Assembly: GCA_041739995.1 (NCBI GenBank)
Contig: JBGSMV010000031.1
Coordinates: forward strand, 32,001 to 96,000
Direction of reading: 5' to 3'
Length of the DNA: 64,000 nucleotides
Source of the DNA: Bdellovibrionota bacterium
Lineage (GTDB): Bacteria > Bdellovibrionota_C > UBA2361 > JBGSMV01
Shown: positions 57,628 to 64,000 of the stretch, one piece after another
How the letters are laid out: each line of letters starts with the position of its first letter
Numbering within the stretch: the stretch's first letter is position 1
Notes under the pieces: generated by a model
What the model saw: only the letters and a program-made list of their open reading frames with translations
Told to the model about the DNA's origin: nothing
Databases searched by the model: none
Position numbers and translations under genes: made by a program

Positions 57628-60339
57628 CTAATGCGCCTGCTTTTCACTCGCTGAGCTAAGACGAATGCGCGTAGGCGGCGTAGTCATCACTTCGCGAGGA
57701 GTTCCTGAAAGCGCCTCAGCGATCAGCGCAGAAAGGCGAGTTAACTGGAACGGTTTTGACACAAATCCTACTACGCCGTCTGTCTCAAGTAGCTGACTCA
57801 GCGTAGCACTAGAAACATATCCGGTAGATATAATTACGCGAACTGCGTTGTTCAATTTGCGCAGTTCTGCGAGACACTCTGAAGCCCCCATGCGAGGCAT
57901 AACCACATCAAGCAGTACCAGATCGATTTTCGAAACATGCTCAGTAAAAACTTCGATTGCTTCCACACCGTCTGAGGCGGTGAACACCACGTATCCCAAA
58001 GATTGCAGCATCTCTGAGGTGGCACTTCGTACCACATCGTGATCATCAACCACCAGAATAGTCCCTTTCCCCCGTGCGGGGAGCTGAATACTTGCCTCCA
58101 CCCTTTGCCCCAGCGACACCGTGGTGATCGGAAGTAGGATTACAAATGAGGCTCCCTGTCCTTCACTACTCTGGAGAAAAATTGAGCCACCATGGTTGCA
58201 CACAATTCCATACACCATCGCGAGGCCGAGACCAGAGCCTTGGCTCTCGTCCTTAGTACTAAAAAATGGTTCAAAAATTCGCTCTCGAATACTGTCGGGG
58301 ACCCCGCAACCAGTGTCAGTCACCTCAAGCTTAAAAAACATACGAGCGTCTCCATTAACCTCCGACGCCTCTATATTGCTCGTTCGAATGGATAGCTTTC
58401 CTCCCTCCGTTCCACCTGAAATAGGACTCATCGCATCTCGCGCATTTATCGCAAGATTAAGAATGATTTGCTGTAGCTGAACAGGATCGCCAAGCACATG
58501 GCACTCGGTTGCGCCGAAATCTGTTTCCAACGCAATGGAAGGCGCAATCGTTCGCCGGATAATTGAGAGTGTTTCGTCAATCGAATGGTGGATATTCACC
58601 GGCGCATTCTGGTGCTTTCCTTTCCGCGCAAAACCTAAGAGCTTCTGGGTGAGCTCCGCCGCGCGCGTTGCCGCCTGTTCGATCACTTCTGCGCTTCGAT
58701 AGACTTCGGGGCGGTCACTCGAATCAAGTTTTATCAAAGTCGTATAGCCCAGAACTCCCGTCATGAGGTTATTAAAATCGTGGGCGATGCCGCCCGCGAG
58801 TTGCCCCAAGGCCTCCATCTTCTGGGCCTGAACAAGCTGGTCATGCAGCATGCGCTGCTGCGTAATGTCGGTTGCCACTCCGAGAACGTGGACACCATTT
58901 TTCCCCGGAATCTCTAGCGGGAGTTTCACGGTGTGAAGAATCCGCTCTCGGCCTGATTTATCAGTAACTACCTCCTCTTGAATCGTGATTTTTCTTCCTG
59001 AGTCGATCACTGCCAGGTCATCCCGTCGGTACCCTTCGACCTGGGCAGGATCGGAATTAAAATCCGAGTCTTTCTTCCCAATTAGATCCTCTACAGTCGT
59101 GCCATATACGTCCGCCACTGCCTGGTTCACTAAAGCAAAATGGCCTTCCGAGTCTTTGACGAAAATAAGGTTTGGATCTGTGTCGATCACCTTGCGTAAA
59201 AACTTTCTGCTGCCCACCAGCTGTCGCTCGGCTTCCTTTCGCTGTGTGATGTCGCGCACAATACATACCAAACTGCCATCACCAAGTGCGGTAAGCGACA
59301 GCTCCTGAGAAAACATTGAGCGATCCTGTCTGAGCCCAAGCGCCTCACACTGCAGGTTTCCCTCTCGCAAAAAGCTTACTCGCACATGACGTTCGAGGTT
59401 TCGAAGCTCTTGGCTAGAATACAACACCCGCCAGTTCTGTCCGATTAATTCCTCGGGCCTTGCATAACCGAACAATCGAGCAAGCGCTGGATTTACAAAA
59501 CTAAAGGTCTCATCTCGCTCAATGATGGCAATTCCCTCAAGTGAAGCGTCGATAGCTTGGGATTTGCGGCGCAGCTCGTTCTCTATTTTTCTACGTTCAT
59601 TTACTTCGCAGGCCATGGCGACCATGTCGGCAACTGAACATGCAAAGTTCTGCTCATCGAGAGTCCAGCGACGCCGTGGGCCTACATGTTCGTGGCACAC
59701 GATTCCAAACAGTGCCCCATTCACGTAAATGGGTGCGTCCAGCATCGAGGTCACCCCGGCCTCTTGCAGATACTTAAAGTCACTGGTGTATGGGTTGCGT
59801 GACACATCATCGGCCACCAAAATTCGGCTATGCCTAATCGCCTCGAAGTAGGTGGGAAACTCTGCGCGCACAATCGTCTGCCCAGAGGAAAAGTGGCAGG
59901 TCGATTTTTCAAACTCACACTGACACTCGATTACAGAGCCGTCAGCATGCAGTTGCCACACGCTCACGCGCTCTACTCCGAGGGTCATTGCGGCGATTTC
60001 GGTGAGTTCTCGAAGCGCGCCCTGCAAATCCTTTCCGAACATGCTGCTGCTGTTCGCGATACGAAGAATTGCTGCACGCTGACGTTCGAGTCGATAATTA
60101 TCTGCTCGAATCCCGCGTGTACGATCATCGAGAAGTCGCCTCAGATGTGTTCGGATAAACAGTGGAATGAATGCGGCGAAGAGGACTGCGAGAACAAATG
60201 TTCCGATCATCCAGGGGTCGGAAAGGGATCCGAGATCGTTGGTCACCGCGGTGCAAAAGAGGCTTCCAAAAGCGAGAAGAGTAACCACTCCCACCAAAAT
60301 GGGGAGAAAGTCCTCTCGTCGCATTCGCAGAAACCGCAT
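57628..60339 (-). CDS. Hybrid sensor histidine kinase (TM-GAF-PAS-PAS-HisKA-HATPase-REC)
   Basis: GAF SMLDAPI...CHEHVG; PAS; LAGGIAHDFNN; NLAINARDAM; GSGLGL; REC LVVDD...LLDVVMP; GAGGAG RBS before ATG 60339. Confidence 0.95.
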   Translation of the reverse strand: MRFLRMRREDFLPILVGVVTLLAFGSLFCTAVTNDLGSLSDPWMIGTFVLAVLFAAFIPLFIRTHLRRLLDDRTRGIRADNYRLERQRAAILRIANSSSMFGKDLQGALRELTEIAAMTLGVERVSVWQLHADGSVIECQCEFEKSTCHFSSGQTIVRAEFPTYFEAIRHSRILVADDVSRNPYTSDFKYLQEAGVTSMLDAPIYVNGALFGIVCHEHVGPRRRWTLDEQNFACSVADMVAMACEVNERRKIENELRRKSQAIDASLEGIAIIERDETFSFVNPALARLFGYARPEELIGQNWRVLYSSQELRNLERHVRVSFLREGNLQCEALGLRQDRSMFSQELSLTALGDGSLVCIVRDITQRKEAERQLVGSRKFLRKVIDTDPNLIFVKDSEGHFALVNQAVADVYGTTVEDLIGKKDSDFNSDPAQVEGYRRDDLAVIDSGRKITIQEEVVTDKSGRERILHTVKLPLEIPGKNGVHVLGVATDITQQRMLHDQLVQAQKMEALGQLAGGIAHDFNNLMTGVLGYTTLIKLDSSDRPEVYRSAEVIEQAATRAAELTQKLLGFARKGKHQNAPVNIHHSIDETLSIIRRTIAPSIALETDFGATECHVLGDPVQLQQIILNLAINARDAMSPISGGTEGGKLSIRTSNIEASEVNGDARMFFKLEVTDTGCGVPDSIRERIFEPFFSTKDESQGSGLGLAMVYGIVCNHGGSIFLQSSEGQGASFVILLPITTVSLGQRVEASIQLPARGKGTILVVDDHDVVRSATSEMLQSLGYVVFTASDGVEAIEVFTEHVSKIDLVLLDVVMPRMGASECLAELRKLNNAVRVIISTGYVSSATLSQLLETDGVVGFVSKPFQLTRLSALIAEALSGTPREVMTTPPTRIRLSSASEKQAH

Positions 60340-60763
60340 TCGCGTGCTCCTCGACTTCACGTTGATTGGCCCTGCACTCTCAGATGCCTCAAAAATTCTC
60401 GAAAGAACCAAGGCAACCGATCGACATTTCTACTCTGATGCTGACCTATTCGAGTAAGCAAACAGAGCAAGTGCTCCGCTACTGTATCATCCATGCGGTT
60501 CTTAAGTGACGAATCTCTGGAAAATTGGCCTTTAGTGATGGGAAAAATCTGGATAAGATCAGATAGTTATCATGGGGCCTTATGACAGCCTTCGAATAGA
60601 GCGTACTCTGAATGATAAATTTGATTAGCTTTCCAACCTTCTTTATAAACGTGGACCGGTTTCTTGGTGCCGTTCCCCGTAATTCTATTGCCGGAAGTTC
60701 CCTATAATAATATCGGTGGTTAGTTATTTGAGTTGAGCGACTTTCGCCCAAGTACAGCTTTCT

Positions 60764-61156
60764 ATGAAAACTGCGATTCATTCTTCAACATCCGGCTCCA
60801 CTGAACTCTCTGCCACTCCCGAGATGCGACTCGCTGGGCTTGCGCGACTTCTTATGGAAGCGAAAGATCAGGCAGATGGTCGCGATGCTCTCCAGTTCAG
60901 CATTAGCGCAGACAAGCTTTGCGTTGTCTTGGATACCAGACCGCTTGATCATCCCCTCGCTATGCATGGCGTCACGCAGCTTAAGCAGGCTCTGGAAAGT
61001 CCTGCGATGGCGAGAATCGACTCAGATATTACGAAGACTCTAGGCGGTATCGTCGATGCTATTGGTGAAGCTCTTACGAAGTTCCCCGGTGCATCTCCTC
61101 AACCTGAACTGGCTGCACTACAATCTCCAGCGATCGAACGCCGCACGAGCATTTAG
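60764..61156 (+). CDS. Hypothetical protein
   Basis: 130-aa ORF filling the gap after an AT-rich intergenic region. Confidence 0.55.
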   Translation: MKTAIHSSTSGSTELSATPEMRLAGLARLLMEAKDQADGRDALQFSISADKLCVVLDTRPLDHPLAMHGVTQLKQALESPAMARIDSDITKTLGGIVDAIGEALTKFPGASPQPELAALQSPAIERRTSI

Positions 61157-61189
61157 TTTCGAACATTGTTGCGTATCTCTAGATTTCGG

Positions 61190-62638
61190 TTAATCCCGTC
61201 GCAGAAACTGATTCGTGTACTTGAAGATCGGTGAACTTGGCGTTTGCCCCGCCATAGAACTGTATCGTACCACCTGCGGACGAGTCAGCTTCTCCACTGC
61301 ATCAGCCACATACGCCGCCACCTCAGCGGGGCGTGTACTGTGGGTCCCTTCGCAAATCACCACCAAGAGCTCTCGTCCATGCGCCTGAGCAAGATACATT
61401 TGGTCAGAGAGTTGGGAGGCTTCGTGGGGTCCAGATTTACCCTTGAAAAACGCATCTTCCGAGTTCTTCACTTCGACGAAGAAACGCTTACCGCCCTTCG
61501 AAGCCACAATGTCGATCTCTGGCCTACTAATGGGGAAGTTAAGATCGCGAGTAACCTTTCCAGCGGGTTTAGCGGCCGCGGGATCACTCACGTGGGCAGA
61601 TAGTTCTTCAATGGTATAGCCGTCTTGTTGCAACGCCATTGCGGTGCTCACTTCTCTGAAGTGCCCCATCAAAGCTCCAGACTCTCGATGCTTACCGGAA
61701 CCAAGTGCTTCACGAGCCGTGCGAAGAGCAGCGCCGAACGTGGAAACACAGCCCTTGCATCCCGAGTGGTGTAAGGCATCAAGCCCGGCCAAATAGTTGA
61801 TGCTTCGGGTATCGCTTTTGAGAAATGTAATCAGGTCATTATTGGAGAATTTTGCGCGGAACGATGGATCACCAAGCAATGAAAGCAACGCCTTTACGCC
61901 TCGATTCCGCGTACTCGTCTCAGCGATTGAAGTGCTTTCATGTTCGGCCGCGGTTCTCACCGCATCGATGAGGTCTTGATCAAGGAGTCTTGTTTTTGGA
62001 GGAGTGTGAGGCGCATTCGTCGCGCTCCCCGCCATCCGCTTTTCTACCGGAACTTTGGCGCTGTTTATTCTATCAATACCATTCTTAAGGCCAAGACCAT
62101 CCTCAGAGAAGACTTCCCCGGCCTGCTCCCGCACCGCTATGGACCCAAGATTCATCAGTTCCGCGAGATTCTTTTGCGGCGCCTGCAGGCAATACTGCAT
62201 AGCCTTCTCTGGACTCAAACCACTGTCGCTAAGCGCCAGCAGGGTTACTATTAGCTCTCCGTGGTAGGTCTCATTCGTTAGTTTCTTAACGACGTTGGTT
62301 GCACCTGCATTCTCTAGTTGTCTGCTCAGATTGTCGATCAAAGTCCCCAGGCGCTGCAGAGACTGCTCAGCCTTTCGAATCCCATTTTCATCAACATCTG
62401 AGATAAATCCTGCTTCTCGCGCCTCAGTTATACTTGGATGACCGCAAAGGATGGCGTTCTGTAGTAGTGTTCGCTTGGAGGGGTCGATATTGAGAAGGTC
62501 CAGTATTCCGTCTTTACCTCCCGCAGCCCGAAGCACATCAAGGGAAACCCCTTCTGGCTGACGAACCGAAAGTTCAGCAGACGGAGGAACTCCAATATCC
62601 TTGGCCGACCGAAGATCGACTACAGCGGTATTCGCCAT
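61190..62638 (-). CDS. Hypothetical protein with C-terminal PD-(D/E)xK nuclease-like domain
   Basis: GHFREVSTA...EIDIVASKGGKRFFVEVKNS...SQL; start 62638 or 62692. Confidence 0.7.
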   Translation of the reverse strand: MANTAVVDLRSAKDIGVPPSAELSVRQPEGVSLDVLRAAGGKDGILDLLNIDPSKRTLLQNAILCGHPSITEAREAGFISDVDENGIRKAEQSLQRLGTLIDNLSRQLENAGATNVVKKLTNETYHGELIVTLLALSDSGLSPEKAMQYCLQAPQKNLAELMNLGSIAVREQAGEVFSEDGLGLKNGIDRINSAKVPVEKRMAGSATNAPHTPPKTRLLDQDLIDAVRTAAEHESTSIAETSTRNRGVKALLSLLGDPSFRAKFSNNDLITFLKSDTRSINYLAGLDALHHSGCKGCVSTFGAALRTAREALGSGKHRESGALMGHFREVSTAMALQQDGYTIEELSAHVSDPAAAKPAGKVTRDLNFPISRPEIDIVASKGGKRFFVEVKNSEDAFFKGKSGPHEASQLSDQMYLAQAHGRELLVVICEGTHSTRPAEVAAYVADAVEKLTRPQVVRYSSMAGQTPSSPIFKYTNQFLRRD

Positions 62639-63202
62639 ACAACCTACCCAGTTTGTCACCACCAACTGCGAGCACGCTTTCGACGCAACCACGTCTTTAC
62701 TGCGTTCTCACCACCGACAAGACGCTCGTTTTAAAGCGAAGCTCCGCGAATCGTCGAACTACTGACTAAAGTTATGGGTAAACGATTCGCGTGAGGGGCT
62801 CTACTCGGCTGAAGGGGAGGCGCCTCATCGACGCGCTGCTCTGGCGAGTGAGCGATGAAACGGTGCCGTCTCAATAGGTTATCTAGGAGAATTCACGGAT
62901 GGGGGGGGATGCGAACGTCCGAATGGGTCTTCGGAATTGGGCTGAGCGGTCCGACTTCAGTCCCCCATTACTCTTGGTTGAGCGGAAATCGATCGGGAAG
63001 GCAATCACACTGAAGCCACACACAGACTCACAAGATCGTGCAAGGACGGGCGGTGTCCTCCGGCTAAATTGTCAACGAGTATCCGTGATCCGGTGTAGGC
63101 GGTTGAATTTATGAATACCAGGGTCGCGCCCGCTCTTAGATACTCGGGCAAGAAGAATAGTAGCGGCGCTGAAGAGGCTGCTTTTTTTGAAAGGGAGGTC
63201 TC

Positions 63203-63530
63203 GTGTCGGTAATTACTCAGACTATTCTGCTGCTCGTGTGTTCAAACGTATTCATGACTTTTGCGTGGTATGCACACCTAAAGAATTTATCCACCGCGCC
63301 GTAGCTTCTTGCCGTCTTCATAAGCTGGGGTATTGCACTATTTGAATACCTATTTTCGAAGTGCCAGCCAATAGAATTGGGTACACCCAATTAAACCTCG
63401 CACAACTCAAAGTCATGCAAGAAGTAATTTGACTCGCCGTGTTTGTGCCCTTCTCTATGTTCTATATGCGAGAGGCGCCCAAGCTCGATTACCTTTGGGC
63501 AGCAATGTGTTTAGTTGGCGCAGTTTATTT
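63203..63530 (+). pseudogene. DUF486 / DMT-family small membrane protein, disrupted
   Basis: GGGAGG RBS + GTG; SNVFMTFAWYAHLK, SWGIALFEY, VPANRIG, QLKVMQEVI, FVPFS motifs; TAG 63302, frameshift ~63356-63360, TGA 63430. Confidence 0.88.
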
Positions 63531-63590
63531 AAGGCCTTTCCTTATACTCATTCGCGCACTACCACAGCATGCGGCGGCAATTCGCGACGG

Positions 63591-63679
63591 AATTTTTAAC
63601 ACAGAGGTCACGGTAGACACCGAGAAGGAATCTATCTCCATTCTTCTCCGCGCCCTCTGCGTCCCCCGCGTTATTAAAT
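63591..63679. repeat. Palindromic intergenic repeat, family B copy 2
   Basis: AATTTTTAACACAGAGGTCACGGTAGACACCGAG...CTCCGCGCCCTCTGCGTCCCCCGCGTTATTAAA matches the reverse complement of 28341-28423. Confidence 0.72.
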
Positions 63680-63813
63680 CATCAGCAGCGAAGACCCAGA
63701 ACTGCCCACAATTTACATCCAATCGGGGGTGCCGGTGCCACGCATGGTTTCGGTAGTAATTTGTGTCAGAGCAATAACGCGGAGAGCTCGGCGCACCCAG
63801 GGCCGAAAGGATC

Positions 63814-64000
63814 CTATCGTAGCAACGGCGCCAAAGAGGCAGTCCCTGCACCTTTACCTGCGCCAGTTTCAGGTGCGGGGTCAGACTTAACCAATTTCAC
63901 ACGTACGTTTCCTTCAGCGGCACTACGGTTCTCAGCCAGAAAAACTTTGATGACATCTGCAGTAAGAACACTGCCATCTTGCTGCAGTTCTGGATTCTCA
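63814..64000 (-). CDS. lptA: 3' end of probable LptA/OstA-family protein (start outside window)
   Basis: Own translation ENPELQQDGSVLTADVIKVFLAENRSAAEGNVRVKLVK...LLR*, resembling the LptA C-terminal strands; same strand as and upstream of lptB. Confidence 0.62.
   Translation of the reverse strand, partial: ENPELQQDGSVLTADVIKVFLAENRSAAEGNVRVKLVKSDPAPETGAGKGAGTASLAPLLR

Noticed and set aside
63302..63432. Stop-codon reassignment suggested by in-frame TAG and TGA in DUF486
   Set aside because: A frameshift is also present and conserved genes in the window end normally at TAG/TGA
1..64000. CRISPR array, rRNA, transposase, integrase or prophage genes
   Set aside because: No regularly spaced repeat-spacer array and no recognisable motifs; the short tandem repeats have no spacers

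Overview
Bacterial chromosomal segment of mid GC content. The gene set (rpoN/hpf/rapZ, Lpt, TAM, PrkA-like, ECF/ZAS) fits a diderm, possibly a former 'Deltaproteobacteria'/Bdellovibrionota-type lineage; taxonomy is inference only. Housekeeping genes recognised: xseA, pdhC-lipA, glpK, surA, PMM/PGM, tRNA-Gln(CTG), trmB, metK, lptB-rpoN-hpf-rapZ and the 3' end of a probable lptA. These are interleaved with envelope/glycan genes and orphan ORFs. No CRISPR, rRNA, transposase or prophage was seen. Highlights: (1) a Sec-signal-bearing protein made of two tandem flagellin D1-like modules without D0, each bracketed by a Cys pair at identical spacing, with a flagellin-like CsrA-type GGA hairpin in its leader; (2) a GGA-rich, multi-hairpin intergenic region that may be a Csr/Rsm-type sRNA; (3) a single-chain TamB-TamA/BamA fusion; (4) a MITE-like family whose four copies all start at the C-TAG stop codon of the upstream gene, plus two related palindromic families; (5) an ~8.7 kb accessory block separating lptA from lptB, with a PD-(D/E)xK nuclease-tipped orphan and a DUF486 pseudogene. 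Several start codons were shortened from the ORF track using RBS or overlap evidence; all homology calls are from motif recognition, not database searches.
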